DNA from: a virus
DNA length: 64,000 nucleotides
Strand: one strand, 5' to 3'
Virus record (IMG/VR): IMGVR_UViG_3300042090_002405
Coordinates: 1-64,000 of that record
Shown here: positions 43,319-54,400 of the stretch, piece after piece
How the letters are laid out: each line of letters starts with the position of its first letter
Position numbering within the stretch: position 1 is the stretch's first letter
Notes under the pieces: model-generated
Seen by the model: the letters and a program-made list of their open reading frames with translations, nothing else
Told to the model about the DNA's origin: nothing
Database searches by the model: none
Made by a program: the position numbers and the translations under genes

Positions 43319-44530
43319 CTAAGAGCCCTCGTCGAGGGTGTCGCCACGGGTCGACATCGCCCCCTCGCCGCTCTTGAGCTCGTGGAGCAGCGTGAAGACG
43401 CGCTCGTATTTTTTCCGGCACGCCGCGAGCGAATACTTTTCGCGTGCCGCCGCCGCGATGTCTTCTCGGTTGAGACGCCCCTCTAGCACGAGCTCGACCG
43501 AGCGGATCATGTCCCCTAGCGTCCGGAAGCGGTACCCATTAAGACCGGGCTCGATGGTCTCCGTGAAGGCCCCCCAATCGCTCGCGAGAAGGGGGGTTCC
43601 GGAGAGAAGCCCCTCGACGCCCGAGCCCCCGAAGGGCTCGATGAATTGCGTAGGCATGATGCTCGCGACAGCGTTCCGCATCCATTTTGATCGGTCCTTG
43701 CCGACGAGGGCCCCGACGTACTCCGCTTTGCCGGCATACTCGCCGCAGTGTGCGCGGATCCATTCGAAGTCCCCCTGCCCCGCGAAGACAAATCGAAGGG
43801 CGCTCTTGGGATACTTTTGGAACCATGCTTTCAGGAGGGTCCCGACGATGTCCGCGCCTTTGGACGAATTGATCCGCCCCATGAAGAGGATGTACGGCCC
43901 TTTCGCGTCGCCTTCGCCTTTGCCGTACGGCCACTCTTCCGGATCGAAGTAGTTCGGGATCACGAACGAGTAGCAAGGGTTCGTTCCAAGTCCGTACGAA
44001 GTGCCTTCCCAGCGGCCGAGATGCCGGTACATCCACGCGTGGCTCTCATAGATACGTGCGGTCGTACCGGCTTGGGTGGGCCCCTCGATGGGGGCGTCCG
44101 GGTAGCCGATGCCGGTCTCAACGTGCATCGCCGCGGCGAATTCGGGGATGATACTCGCATGTGCACAACCGAATGGGTGCGCTACGAAGTCGTGCAAACG
44201 GACGCGTTTCCGCATCGCGCGACGAAGGCGCTCCTCGAAGAGCCGATGCCCCTCCGATCCAACCTTCGCATGGTTTCCGATAAAGTCGGCAGGGTCTCGA
44301 GGGTAGAGCTTTCGAACCTCGCTCTTGGTGAGGATCTTCACGTGTTCGTCGGCGAGGCTCTCCGACCCTTCGTTGCCGTACTCGATTACCCCGCCTTGGA
44401 AGAAGCCCTTCATCATCTTCGGGAAGCGCAGGGCCTTCATCGTGAAAGCGCAGTGGCTGAACTCTAAAGAGGGGACGGTGTGAAACGGCGCGATTAGATG
44501 AAGCGCGCCAGGCACAGACGCGCGCTTCAT
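43319..44530 (-). CDS. Glycosyltransferase, GT4 / GT-B fold
   Basis: LFMGRINSSKG, EPFGGSGVEGLLSGTP, GAFTETI. Confidence 0.9.
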   Translation of the reverse strand: MKRASVPGALHLIAPFHTVPSLEFSHCAFTMKALRFPKMMKGFFQGGVIEYGNEGSESLADEHVKILTKSEVRKLYPRDPADFIGNHAKVGSEGHRLFEERLRRAMRKRVRLHDFVAHPFGCAHASIIPEFAAAMHVETGIGYPDAPIEGPTQAGTTARIYESHAWMYRHLGRWEGTSYGLGTNPCYSFVIPNYFDPEEWPYGKGEGDAKGPYILFMGRINSSKGADIVGTLLKAWFQKYPKSALRFVFAGQGDFEWIRAHCGEYAGKAEYVGALVGKDRSKWMRNAVASIMPTQFIEPFGGSGVEGLLSGTPLLASDWGAFTETIEPGLNGYRFRTLGDMIRSVELVLEGRLNREDIAAAAREKYSLAACRKKYERVFTLLHELKSGEGAMSTRGDTLDEGS

Positions 44531-44736
44531 CGCTGGATCCCAGGCTGGGGCTGGGGGTCATATTTGCCACTGCTCGCGAGACGTGCGCAGGTACGAATCC
44601 ATGCCGACAATGTTGCCCCACTCGCTCGCGCGGCCTTTGTAAAGATCTTCTCTTCTTCGGGTGTGATTCGAAGATGCACGCTCACCGTGCGCTTCGAGCT
44701 CTTCGGCCGCCCGCGCACCTGCCCGCGCGGCGTCAC
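44527..44736 (-). CDS. RHH-like regulator
   Basis: GRPK...VHLRITPEEEKIFTKAARASGATLSAWIR. Confidence 0.75.
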   Translation of the reverse strand: MTPRGQVRGRPKSSKRTVSVHLRITPEEEKIFTKAARASGATLSAWIRTCARLASSGKYDPQPQPGIQR

Positions 44737-45125
44737 TTTGCTATCCGGCTAGGCCCATTATCTGTGGCGGCGGCAAGGCCCAACAGGAGATCGTCGTACC
44801 CGCGTACCTGAATGTAGACGAGGGGCGGCTCCCGATCGACCGTAGGGGCCTTGATCACTTCTGCGAGGAGTTTGAGGTCTCCCTCTTCGAGTTGCATCGT
44901 CTGTCCGACGCTCTTTTCGAACTCTTTCTTGAGCCGAAGCATCGCGTCGAGGTTCGTAATCGGTGTGGTCCAACGCTTGTCGTTGAGCCAATGCCCGAGT
45001 GCGTAAGCCCGAAACGAGTACGCGTTGCCCGCGGCGCCAGAGATTTGATCGCGGAGCACGACGGTCGCGGGGATGGGCGCTTCTCTCATTCCGCGCCGTG
45101 TAGACCAGAAAAAGAGGCGGGTCAA
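44733..45125 (-). CDS. Hypothetical protein
   Basis: Coupled to the GT2 gene; start uncertain. Confidence 0.55.
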   Translation of the reverse strand: MTRLFFWSTRRGMREAPIPATVVLRDQISGAAGNAYSFRAYALGHWLNDKRWTTPITNLDAMLRLKKEFEKSVGQTMQLEEGDLKLLAEVIKAPTVDREPPLVYIQVRGYDDLLLGLAAATDNGPSRIAK

Positions 45126-45775
45126 CCCCCGGGCGTGTTCGTCGCGTAGAACTCATGCCCTCCCGAGTGCATGACGTGCCCTGGCCCGCCACACCAAAGC
45201 ATCACGCGACCGCCGAGGGCTCGCCACCGCGCGCAGAAAGAGAGATCTTCCGAAAGAAGGCCGTCCCCCTCGGTCGGCCCCGTGTAGAGCAGTCCGAAGA
45301 GGTCGGCGCACTTCCACGGGTTGGGGTGGTCCGTGTAGATCCGCGCGGCTTTCGTCATCTCTTCGAGACATTTTCTCGAAGTGAGCGTGAAACCGAACCC
45401 TAACCCTTCTACCTCGAGGAGATCCCCTTCGCGTTTTTTGTCCGGCAGCGCTGCATGCGTAAACTTGATGGGGTAATCCTTTCCTACGTACGGTGCGCCG
45501 ACGAGGTCCTCTCTCGTATCGATCATCCTCTGTATGATTTCCGGTCTGTCTGCCCACTGGTCAGCATCGAGCCAAAGAACGTGCGTCATCTTCTCTAGGC
45601 GGGTGTCCTGAAGAATACGCGCGGCGAGACGGTTCCTCGCTCGTACGGGCTCGAACGATACCGCGGTCTTTGCGAAGCGGGGTGGCACTAGGTTCGCGCG
45701 GAAATCCGCGAACCCCAGTGTGACCAGCGCATTTTTCGGGTTCGTTCCTCGAACGGGCGTGGCGACGACGATCAC
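45122..45775 (-). CDS. Glycosyltransferase-like protein, GT-A fold
   Basis: IVVATP, ARNRL, WLDAD (DxD), GFGFTL, SEDLSFC. Confidence 0.85.
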   Translation of the reverse strand: MIVVATPVRGTNPKNALVTLGFADFRANLVPPRFAKTAVSFEPVRARNRLAARILQDTRLEKMTHVLWLDADQWADRPEIIQRMIDTREDLVGAPYVGKDYPIKFTHAALPDKKREGDLLEVEGLGFGFTLTSRKCLEEMTKAARIYTDHPNPWKCADLFGLLYTGPTEGDGLLSEDLSFCARWRALGGRVMLWCGGPGHVMHSGGHEFYATNTPGG

Positions 45776-45782
45776 GGCGCGG

Positions 45783-47177
45783 TCACGGCGCGGCGGTTGT
45801 ACCGCCGACGTAGAAGGGTGAACCGCCCACGAGCACCTCGAAATAGTGCGTGGGCGCTGTCCCGGTACCGCCGATAGTCTGCCCGGAGAAGTTGACGAGG
45901 CCGCCCGACGTCGCCGCCAACACTAGGTTGCTTCCGCTTGCCGCTGCGAGCTCCAAGATACCGCTCGTCGCGAAGATAGATGCTGTTCCTCCGGCTGACG
46001 CCAAGAAGTATTGACCGCTGCTCGCGTTGAGCTCGAGTTGCCCGGTTGTCTCTAGCGTCGCTACTCCACTCGCCGCCGTGATGAAAACGGTTCCAGTGTC
46101 CGGGGTGAGTGTGATGTTTGTCGAAGACGTCTCGAGCGTCATGCCCCCCGCGCCCGTCGCATCGAGAACTACCGTAGAGCCCGTCAGATGTGCTGCGCCG
46201 GCCGCCGCGAGAAGCAGTGTTGCGTTCGCACCATTGCCCTCCAGCATGAGGTCACTCGACGACGTGAGCGTCTGCGCGCCACTTGTGCCGAGCGTCGTTA
46301 CATCCGTGGATGGGGCCAGAAGGATTCCGCCGCCTGAAGCGGAGATCTCTACAGACAGAGCTGCGTCAATGTCGATGTTGCCGCCCGACGACGTGATCGT
46401 GAGCAGAGCGCCGCCCGTGAGCGTCTCGTTGCCACCTGTGCCGAAAGTCGTCGTGTTGTTGGAGGGGGCGATCGTGATGCCGCCCCCCGCGGTCGAGATG
46501 TCTAGACCGCTGCTTCCGATGATTCCGGGGCCGCCGTTGATGGTGACGGCGCCGTTCGAAAATGTTGTGTTGCCGCCCCCTGGGTTGACCGCGATCGATC
46601 CGGAATTCGTTTCGATCGTGATCTGCGCGCCCCCTAGGGGGGACGACGTGAAAACTGTAAGCGTGTCGTTATCGTTGTTGCCAAGAGTGGCGCTTCCTCC
46701 GCCGAAGCTGTTGCCACCGTTGATCCACGCGTTGGCAGCACCTGCGCCGGTTGCGCCCTGAGGGCCGGTCGCCCCTGTCGTGCCTACTCCCGTAGCACCG
46801 GCCGCGCCCTGCACGCCAGTTGCGCCCTGTACGCCGGTTGCGCCCGTCGCGCCGCCCCCCGGGCCGGTCGGCCCTTGTAGCCCCGTCGCGCCGGTCGACC
46901 CCGCCCCTGTGGCACCCGTCACTCCCGTTGCGCCCTGCACGCCGGTTGCCCCGGCAACACCCGTCGCTCCCGTGGCCCCCGAGCCGGGCCCCGTTGCTCC
47001 CTGGACGCCCGTGGCGCCGGTCGCCCCTGCTCCCGTCGCACCCTGTACCCCGGTAGCACCCGGCGGGCCCGCAACGCCCGTCGCACCCGTTGCGCCTCCG
47101 CCGGCCCCTCCGCCGCTGCTGGGAGGGCTTTCGTAGGTGTTGGGCGACTTATTTTTGATCCCTGCGATAGACCCCAT
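45783..47177 (-). CDS. Collagen-like fibre protein with KN(K/R)SPxTY N-terminal motif
   Basis: About 120 aa of G-X-Y (mostly GAT) triplets followed by a beta-rich region. Confidence 0.85.
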   Translation of the reverse strand: MGSIAGIKNKSPNTYESPPSSGGGAGGGATGATGVAGPPGATGVQGATGAGATGATGVQGATGPGSGATGATGVAGATGVQGATGVTGATGAGSTGATGLQGPTGPGGGATGATGVQGATGVQGAAGATGVGTTGATGPQGATGAGAANAWINGGNSFGGGSATLGNNDNDTLTVFTSSPLGGAQITIETNSGSIAVNPGGGNTTFSNGAVTINGGPGIIGSSGLDISTAGGGITIAPSNNTTTFGTGGNETLTGGALLTITSSGGNIDIDAALSVEISASGGGILLAPSTDVTTLGTSGAQTLTSSSDLMLEGNGANATLLLAAAGAAHLTGSTVVLDATGAGGMTLETSSTNITLTPDTGTVFITAASGVATLETTGQLELNASSGQYFLASAGGTASIFATSGILELAAASGSNLVLAATSGGLVNFSGQTIGGTGTAPTHYFEVLVGGSPFYVGGTTAAP

Positions 47178-47205
47178 GGAAGAAACTCCGCGTTGGCTGT
47201 GACGG

Positions 47206-49164
47206 TTAGCGGACCGGAGGCGGTGCCGGGAACGCCGGGTGCGTCACTACCGGAGTCTCCATAGGCGTCGCTGGGTACCTTTCAGGATCGAGCTTCGGCG
47301 GTCGAAGGGCGCGCTCGATCGGATGGTCCAAGAGGAAGCTCGGGACATCCGCCGATTTGATCGTGGGGCCAAGTGGCTGAAGCCCCGGGACGGGATCGCT
47401 TACTCCGACGGGCCCTTGCGGGTAAGGCCCGTACGCTGCGCCCGAAGGCTGGGCACCTCCGCCGTCGAAAAAGTGCCCATGCCTGTGCCCGTGTCCGTAG
47501 TGGGCCGCCCACTGCCGGAGACGATTCCACTTGTCCGATCCGTGCACCGGGGGCCGAGGGCGACCCACGATCGCCTCGAGCCGATGCGCGTGCACGAGGG
47601 GGGCGCCGGGCACCTCGTGGCTCACTCCGGCGAGGGCGGTACGCGCGATGGGCTCCGGGATACCTAGCTTTTTCGCGAGGTCTATGGAGGAGAGCCCCGC
47701 GAGGGCTGGTTGCGATACGAGCGCCGCGGCGGCCTGGTGGGCCAGATCTGCGGCGTTCGCTGGGAGATTTTGTTTCACGTCACGGATGGCGGAGGAAAGG
47801 AGATCATTCGTCTGCGCGCCGAGGGCGTTGAGCACTTTTCCGACGGGGCCGCCGCTAGCCGCGGGGGGAAGGAGCTGGTGGGCGGCGGCGTAACCCTTCT
47901 TCTGGAGGCCTTGTGCTGTCGAGAGCGCCAACCCCGTGTCGAAGGCATGCGAGGAGGCCTGATCGAGCCCCTGCTTCGCAGTCGCGATCTGGGCCAAGAC
48001 GGGACCGGCTGCCCCCTGCGCGGCTTGCGTGAGCTGGTTACCGATGGCGGCGCCTTGCTGGAGCGCTTGCTGGGCCGCCGGCCCCGCGGCTTGGCCGATG
48101 ACCGCCCCAGCGGCGCCCAAAACATCCTGAGGAAGAGGCTTGCCCTCGGCGAGGTTTGCTGCCGCCGTGAGGCCGGAGGTGGCTTCGGGAGGAACGCCTG
48201 CGACCTGAGAGGCGTATTTGGCCTTGTCGCTGAGCCACTGCGTCACTTGCTTCTTTTGATCGAGAATGGCTTGGCCGATGTTCTTGCCGTGGAGCGCTTC
48301 GTCGGTCGCGCCGAGAACCAAAGTTTTTGCGAAGAAGGCGGGGTTGGCCTGCATGTAGCCAGACTTGTACGTCTGCGCGAGGGTGTTCAGGACCTTGTTC
48401 TTCGCGAGGTCCTTACCGATCTTCTTTCCGGCTCCGGTGTGGCCCGCCTCGACGGCGCCGGTGGCCAGGATCGCGGCGGCACCCGCCCCTGGAATAAACG
48501 CCACGGGGCCGACTTTCGTTGCGTCTTGCGCGATCTGCTTGAGGGCTTTCAGTGGCTGGAACTTGAACCCTACCCCTATCGATCCGCCAGCGCCGGAGAC
48601 ACCCGGCGTTCCGGTTCTGCCACTTTCGAGCTTCGTGGCGCGCGCCTGAAGCACGCTCGCCGCCGCGGGGTAGCCAGGCAAGAGTAGTGTCGCAAACGAC
48701 CGTAGCTTCGTCGGATCGGTCTCTTGGTGCGCCGCCGTAAGGACCGCGCTCTCGAGATCCTTCGGCAGGTTCGCGTCGAGGACGGGTTTACTAGAAGCAA
48801 CGATCAGATTCGACGGACCGCTCACGCCGATTTGGAACCCGATCGCCGCTCGGCCGCCCCTAGAGATACGCTCGTGCATGGGCCGAGCGTACCACGACCT
48901 ACTCGACCACCATCCTGAGAAAATGAGGGGTTCGTGAGCCCGTCCCGGAGAAGTCGGATGCGCACCGCCGTCTTCCCCCGCCTGGTGTCCCGGCGAGCCA
49001 TACGTCGGATGCGGTCTCGACGATCTCACTCTGCCGGGGGTACTTCTCTCGTAGGGCTCATGGAGGACGGTCTCCGTGAGTCGGCTCGCCGAGAGCCCGA
49101 TCGGCTTGGCTGCCCTGTGGTGGGGCGCCAGGCCGTTCGCGTTTCGGCGGTGGTGAGAGCCCAT
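47206..49164 (-). CDS. Large Ala/Gly/Gln-rich helical protein, putative virion/membrane protein
   Basis: Start directly after the transglycosylase stop (TAGATG); amphipathic helices. Confidence 0.65.
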   Translation of the reverse strand: MGSHHRRNANGLAPHHRAAKPIGLSASRLTETVLHEPYERSTPGRVRSSRPHPTYGSPGHQAGEDGGAHPTSPGRAHEPLIFSGWWSSRSWYARPMHERISRGGRAAIGFQIGVSGPSNLIVASSKPVLDANLPKDLESAVLTAAHQETDPTKLRSFATLLLPGYPAAASVLQARATKLESGRTGTPGVSGAGGSIGVGFKFQPLKALKQIAQDATKVGPVAFIPGAGAAAILATGAVEAGHTGAGKKIGKDLAKNKVLNTLAQTYKSGYMQANPAFFAKTLVLGATDEALHGKNIGQAILDQKKQVTQWLSDKAKYASQVAGVPPEATSGLTAAANLAEGKPLPQDVLGAAGAVIGQAAGPAAQQALQQGAAIGNQLTQAAQGAAGPVLAQIATAKQGLDQASSHAFDTGLALSTAQGLQKKGYAAAHQLLPPAASGGPVGKVLNALGAQTNDLLSSAIRDVKQNLPANAADLAHQAAAALVSQPALAGLSSIDLAKKLGIPEPIARTALAGVSHEVPGAPLVHAHRLEAIVGRPRPPVHGSDKWNRLRQWAAHYGHGHRHGHFFDGGGAQPSGAAYGPYPQGPVGVSDPVPGLQPLGPTIKSADVPSFLLDHPIERALRPPKLDPERYPATPMETPVVTHPAFPAPPPVR

Positions 49165-49707
49165 CTAGTTTTGTGCGTACGGATGCTCGCGCCAGTAAGT
49201 CATCGCGCGGCCCATCCTCCGCGCAGATCGGCGCTCGGCGCGCGGCGTGTTCCACGCGAGCCCGTCGGTGTACTCGGCAAGCCACGTACGAGGGTCCGAT
49301 CCGCGACAAATTCGAAAACTTTCTTGCACCATTTCGATCGCTACGCCTGATGCCCCCAGCATGCCCGAGCACGTACGGTCGCGCGACCGTACGGTCTGAA
49401 AGAGACCCCAGGATTTGTTTGAGTCGCCGCCCTTCTTGCACATGGTGACGTCGTCACGAAAGTGACTTTCGTCGGCCGCGATCGCGACGAGGAGCAAACC
49501 CGTCTTTGCCCGCGCCGCGATGGGATCTCGGTCGGCGAACACCGGCTGCACGTACGGCTGGGAGACGGCGAAGGCGATGTCCCGCGCGATGGCCTCGTAG
49601 CGCGCTTCGGTCACTTCTTCGTTCTCGGTCCACCGATGCTCCTCTACGGGAACGAACGTGTGCATCGCGGCAAGAAGCCAGAGTGTGAGGTGTAGGATGT
49701 TCGGCAT
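49165..49707 (-). CDS. Lytic transglycosylase / lysozyme-like protein
   Basis: AIAADESHF (catalytic Glu) and SWGLFQ; hydrophobic N-terminus. Confidence 0.7.
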   Translation of the reverse strand: MPNILHLTLWLLAAMHTFVPVEEHRWTENEEVTEARYEAIARDIAFAVSQPYVQPVFADRDPIAARAKTGLLLVAIAADESHFRDDVTMCKKGGDSNKSWGLFQTVRSRDRTCSGMLGASGVAIEMVQESFRICRGSDPRTWLAEYTDGLAWNTPRAERRSARRMGRAMTYWREHPYAQN

Positions 49708-49750
49708 GACCGGCGCTTCTAGCGCGGCAGAGACCGAAGGCCAACCCGTT

Positions 49751-49948
49751 TCATTCACGGGGCGGCGGTCGCGAGCGCTTCTTCCTTCGCAGGATTGCTT
49801 CGACGAGAAGAGTGCGCACGGCATCTGATCGCGAGACGCTATGAGTTTTCTGGGCTCGTTGCATCTCCTCCGCAATCTCATCGATTTCCTTCATGAGATC
49901 GCGTCCAATACGCAGGCCCAGATGTACACCCGTGTCTTCGTGGCTCAT
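49751..49948 (-). CDS. RHH-like regulator
   Basis: LGLRIGRDLMKEIDEIA...SRSDAVRTLL. Confidence 0.75.
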   Translation of the reverse strand: MSHEDTGVHLGLRIGRDLMKEIDEIAEEMQRAQKTHSVSRSDAVRTLLVEAILRRKKRSRPPPRE

Positions 49949-49950
49949 AC

Positions 49951-49996
49951 CAATATTGTTGCACAAGCTTGCACAATGTCAAACAGCATCTAGTAT
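49951..49996. promoter_or_regulatory. Overlapping divergent promoters with TTGCACAA direct repeats
   Basis: ttgcacaa at 49959 and 49969; minus TTGACA...CAATAT; plus TTGCAC-N16-TAGTAT. Confidence 0.6.
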
Positions 49997-50022
49997 GAGC
50001 GTCGGAGGCGGGACACGAAAAC

Positions 50023-51189
50023 ATGAAAACCCTTCTTTGCGCGACGATGACGGTGTTTGCGGTGGCGACAACGGGTTGTATGGCAGCATCATCGCCATCG
50101 CCATCTCCTGTAGAGGAGGCCACAGGAACGACCGAAGAGGCCGCCACGACGACATGCACGAACGACTCGCAGTGCTCTGGCACCACGCCGTTCTGCACTG
50201 GATTGTCCCTCGCGTTGAACGCGAGCAGCACGACGCAGACCATCAACGGAGAGTCCGTCGCCGCGGGCAACTTCGCCGAGTACATGCCGCAGACGGTCGG
50301 GGAGTGCACGGGATGGTCCACGACTAATTCGCGTGCGTCGCAAGTACAGGGATCCTGCGCAGCGGGGCAGATCTGTGTGAACCTGAATGGCGGAGCTCAA
50401 GGGTCCTGCTACACGACGTGCACGGGATCAGGGCAGGGCACGTGCTCGGCGGGTTTGATCTGCGATTCGAACACGAACGTGTGCTCTACGAACGCGTCGG
50501 CGTGTGCTTCTGGGCTCGCGGTTTTCGGAAGCACTCCGCTTACCGTGACGTCCAAGGCGACCTACTCGGGTGGCACGGTCACCTACGGACAAGAGATTGG
50601 TGGGTCTGCGATTCCCTCGGCGGGGCACTGGGTGCCTGAGGTGTGGGCAACAACCCCGTCTTGGTCGACCAAAATCAAGGTCAACTTCAACATGCAAGGC
50701 ATCTGCACGTGGATCTCGAACAGTGACACGCAAGCGACTTGCACTGCGAGTGACGAGTCTTGGTACGCGACCAACGGCGTCGACGTGTGTTCGTACTACA
50801 CGACGGGTGCTGCCGAGGTCTTCTGCATGGAGTCCGACGTGTTCGGGGAGACGGGCGAGCTCGTCGAGTACAGAGCCCTCACTACGACGACGCCCTTCGG
50901 CGTCACGCAGTCAGCGCTGACTGCCGTGAGCCCGCCCGCTAACTTCACGCTTCCCGCCCGAGGAACCGTTCCTCCCGGTGTGGAGGGTGTAACGGGCTCG
51001 AGCGGGACGACGTGGCAGACACTCGAGGGCCCCGCTGGCACTTCGGGCGGCTATGCCGGATACGGCGGCTATGGCGGCTATGGCGGGGCCGGCGGCTACA
51101 GTGGATATGGTGGTTACGGTATCTACGGCAGCTACGGCGGATACGGCGGGGACTGCGCCTACGGCGGTTGCGGCGGCTTCGGCGACTGA
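50023..51189 (+). CDS. Cys-rich lipoprotein with Gly/Tyr repeat tail
   Basis: Signal peptide ending TTGC; many Cys; (GGY)n C-terminus. Confidence 0.8.
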   Translation: MKTLLCATMTVFAVATTGCMAASSPSPSPVEEATGTTEEAATTTCTNDSQCSGTTPFCTGLSLALNASSTTQTINGESVAAGNFAEYMPQTVGECTGWSTTNSRASQVQGSCAAGQICVNLNGGAQGSCYTTCTGSGQGTCSAGLICDSNTNVCSTNASACASGLAVFGSTPLTVTSKATYSGGTVTYGQEIGGSAIPSAGHWVPEVWATTPSWSTKIKVNFNMQGICTWISNSDTQATCTASDESWYATNGVDVCSYYTTGAAEVFCMESDVFGETGELVEYRALTTTTPFGVTQSALTAVSPPANFTLPARGTVPPGVEGVTGSSGTTWQTLEGPAGTSGGYAGYGGYGGYGGAGGYSGYGGYGIYGSYGGYGGDCAYGGCGGFGD

Positions 51190-51199
51190 TCCTGAAGTC

Positions 51200-51451
51200 C
51201 TATTTGCAGGGGTGCCCGTCCGTACCCGTCGTCGGGTGCCCCTTGCAGGCGGGACGGCCTGGCCACCACGTCCCGGGTTTCGTGGGGGCAGGTTTGGAAG
51301 CGGGTTTGCCGTTCACGTACTTCGGCAGTCCGGGGCCGCAGTGCGCACAGAACTGGGTTGTCTTGGTAGCCGGTCTCTTCTTGGCCGCCTCGGCGTTACC
51401 GACGGCGGCTACTGCGATAGCGACCGTGAGGGCTAGGATGATAGTTCGCAT
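51200..51451 (-). CDS. Small secreted basic Cys/Pro protein
   Basis: Signal peptide with AEA cleavage motif; AGGAAGAAG purine-rich RBS. Confidence 0.65.
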   Translation of the reverse strand: MRTIILALTVAIAVAAVGNAEAAKKRPATKTTQFCAHCGPGLPKYVNGKPASKPAPTKPGTWWPGRPACKGHPTTGTDGHPCK

Positions 51452-51466
51452 TGAATTCTTCCTTCC

Positions 51467-54400
51467 TCACGGGGCCGACGAGTTGAACGTTGCCGTGAAG
51501 ACTTGCGGGTAAATGCCCGGGGCAGTTTGGCATGTGCCTCCCGTGCAAACGTTTGAGGCACAATCAGCATTGTGCACGCACGTGATGCTCTGTCCGACGT
51601 TGGGGACGTTTTGGGTCTGGCAGAGGCCGTTGATGCAAGCGCCAACACCACCAGTTCCTGAGATAGGCGGACAGTCGGTCGAGAGCTCGCAAGTGGATCC
51701 CGTAATGTTGGCCTGGAGTGGATCTAAACCGTTACGGTTATCGGCCCACGTCGTTACCCATTTGCCCCCGCCAACGCCTACTAGTCCGAAGTCATAATCG
51801 CCGATCGTTGTGTTGTATGTCAGGACGCGTTCTGGGGCGGGTGTCTGCGAGCCCGAGCTGATCGTGGTAGTTCCGTGCGGACAAGATCCGCCCGTGCACG
51901 GGGCAACACCGACCTGAAATCCAAATCCGACGATTTGATACTCAAAATCTTGAGTTTGATTTCCGTAATTACACGAGGCCTGACCTGCGCCAGGAAATGG
52001 GGCCGACGCACCGCCAGAGCAGAAACCACCAACGCATTGACTGGTCGGTCCATTGTAGGCGCAGTCTGCGTTAGAGCCGCACGCGCACACTTCAGCGGGC
52101 GATGAACTGGTGGGGGGAACATCTACGCAGTTTGCGCAACTTCCGTTAGGCCCATTGCAGCCGGCGGTGCAATCGTTGTAGCCGAGCGTGGTATTATACG
52201 TACAGCCGATTCCGAATCCTAATCCTGTTGGGATTATGCAATCCACATTGATGCCCAATAGCCCGGTAGCAGGCGGCGTTCCGTTGTTGGTGGTGGGGAT
52301 TTGGGTGCGATACCCGTAGCCCGTGCACTCGTTGAGCAACACGTTGTTGGCTGCTGTGCCGTACCCCTGCGCTAGAACGCACTGCGGGTAGCCGGCGTCG
52401 GGAGCGATCGGGTCTTGGCCAACTCCGGGGGTGAACGGGGCTGTCGGGAGTGCCGTGCCCGCATCGGTGGGGAAATTGACCCTGACTGTCTGGTGAAATG
52501 TCACGGCGGCGTAAATGTTGCTCCCACCGCTGCCTTGTGTGATTGCGATGTTCGATCCGTACTGATTGCCGGAGATCTCTGCGATACCAGATGTGGCCCC
52601 GTAGCCCGTATCGTACGTCGGAACGACGAGCGCTCCTCCGTATGCAGCAACCCCTGCTGTGTAGTTCGTGTTCAGGACTTGTACCGGTTTCGTCGTGGAT
52701 GGGGATATCATTGACGCCCATTCGTCCGCAACCTGCCCCGCTGTAGCGGCAGGCCATTGCCCCGCGACAGCGCGAAGACCACGGTATTGCGTCGCGGCGG
52801 CCTGGTATTGCGCTTGGTTGCACCCAGGTTGTCCGAGCACGCATGTGGACGTGAAAACCGGACGCTCGTACACGAACACGAATTCGCCGGGCGCATTTCC
52901 GGGAGCACCGTTAACGAGCGACGAAACAGAACCGGCCCAATACGGATTGACCGCCATTGACACGCGATACCAATGATTGCCGTTACCGCGAGGAGTAGGC
53001 CCAAGTCCTTCGAACAGGGATCCCTGCAGGGATACCTGCGGGACGAAACCAGACCCTGCCCCGTTTGCTCCGCTGTTGTTGTTCGGATTGCTCGTAAGGA
53101 CGAGGGGGTAAGCAGGATTGCCAAGAGTATCCAAGTCCTTGCCCAGAACGTACGTAGTCCAATCGCTAGCGTATCCGTGATACGGGTTGTCTGAAACGGA
53201 CAGATACCAAACGAGTCCGACGTTTGTAACCTGATCTCTGGTAGACGAAATCGATCCGGGGGCCAGGAACGGCGCATTGCCCGGCAATTGATTGCTCGGC
53301 GCTGCACCGCCATTCCAAACCACAGGATATTGCGCCCCCACGTAGATGAGGTAGATGCGGGGCGCACACGGCTGGGTTCCGTTGCCACATGTAGCCGGCT
53401 TATGGCGCACTGCCATATTCATTTGCCATGGCTGTTGCACCGGCAGGCAATTGCCGTATGTGCCGTTGCCGAGGTTACAGCTATCGAGATTCAAGAAGTG
53501 CAGCCGGTTAGCGTCTCGAGAGCTATTGTAACCGTTGATCGGCGCAACAGACGGGTCTGCGTCCGTCGCAATCGGCGTTTGGTGCACCCCATCGACGGCG
53601 AACTGCCCAGACGGCAAGCATGCGTCCTGTACGAGCCCACACTGCCCTGTCACGGTGTTCGGTGTCGTCACTGCCGAACCCAATGCCAACGTGCCGTTGC
53701 CTCCTCCGGTGCATCCAGTAAAGCTGGTGGCGGTCATACCGGTGCACGTGACGGTTTGTTCGCCCGGAATCCCGGGAGGAGAAGTGTTGACAAGGATACT
53801 TGCGGGCGCTGCGGGGAAGCCGGCGGTCGACGTGACATTGATCGTTGCTTGGGGAAGTCTCTTGCCCGCAGACGCCGCCGCGATTGCCGTAGTGGCGGTG
53901 CCGATACATTGCACGCCCGCACAGCAACGGGTCGCGTTGCTTTTTTGGGACGCTACGCACGTAGATTGCGACGCACCGAATGCGGACTGAACGTACCCAG
54001 CAAAGCTCGGTTGACAACTACCGTTTTGGTCTCGAGATGCAGAGGTCCATTCGTTCCAACCGTTTTGCTTGGTTGCAGAGACGCCCGCTATAGGACCGCA
54101 GTTCGCCGGATCTGGGACAGGAAAGGCGTAAGAGTTGTTGCAGGGTACGCCGTTCAAGCAATGCGGGGGGACGGGTGTAAAATGAAAACTGCCCGTCGGA
54201 TCGACCGGAACCTCTGCGAGATATGGGCCTGCCAACGGGTCAGGTAGCCCTGGATTCCGGATCGAGAACGTGCCCGTATTTTGATATTGGATGGGTTGTT
54301 GTCCTGCGTTTGCAGCATCCCACACCACCTCGAGATTCGCTGGCTGGTTGGGCGTCGGATTGCACCCAGACGTTCCTATGACACACGTGTTACCGTCGAC

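Noticed and set aside
46740-47100. Repetitive DNA resembling an array
   Set aside because: Explained by collagen G-X-Y codons; no repeat-spacer structure.
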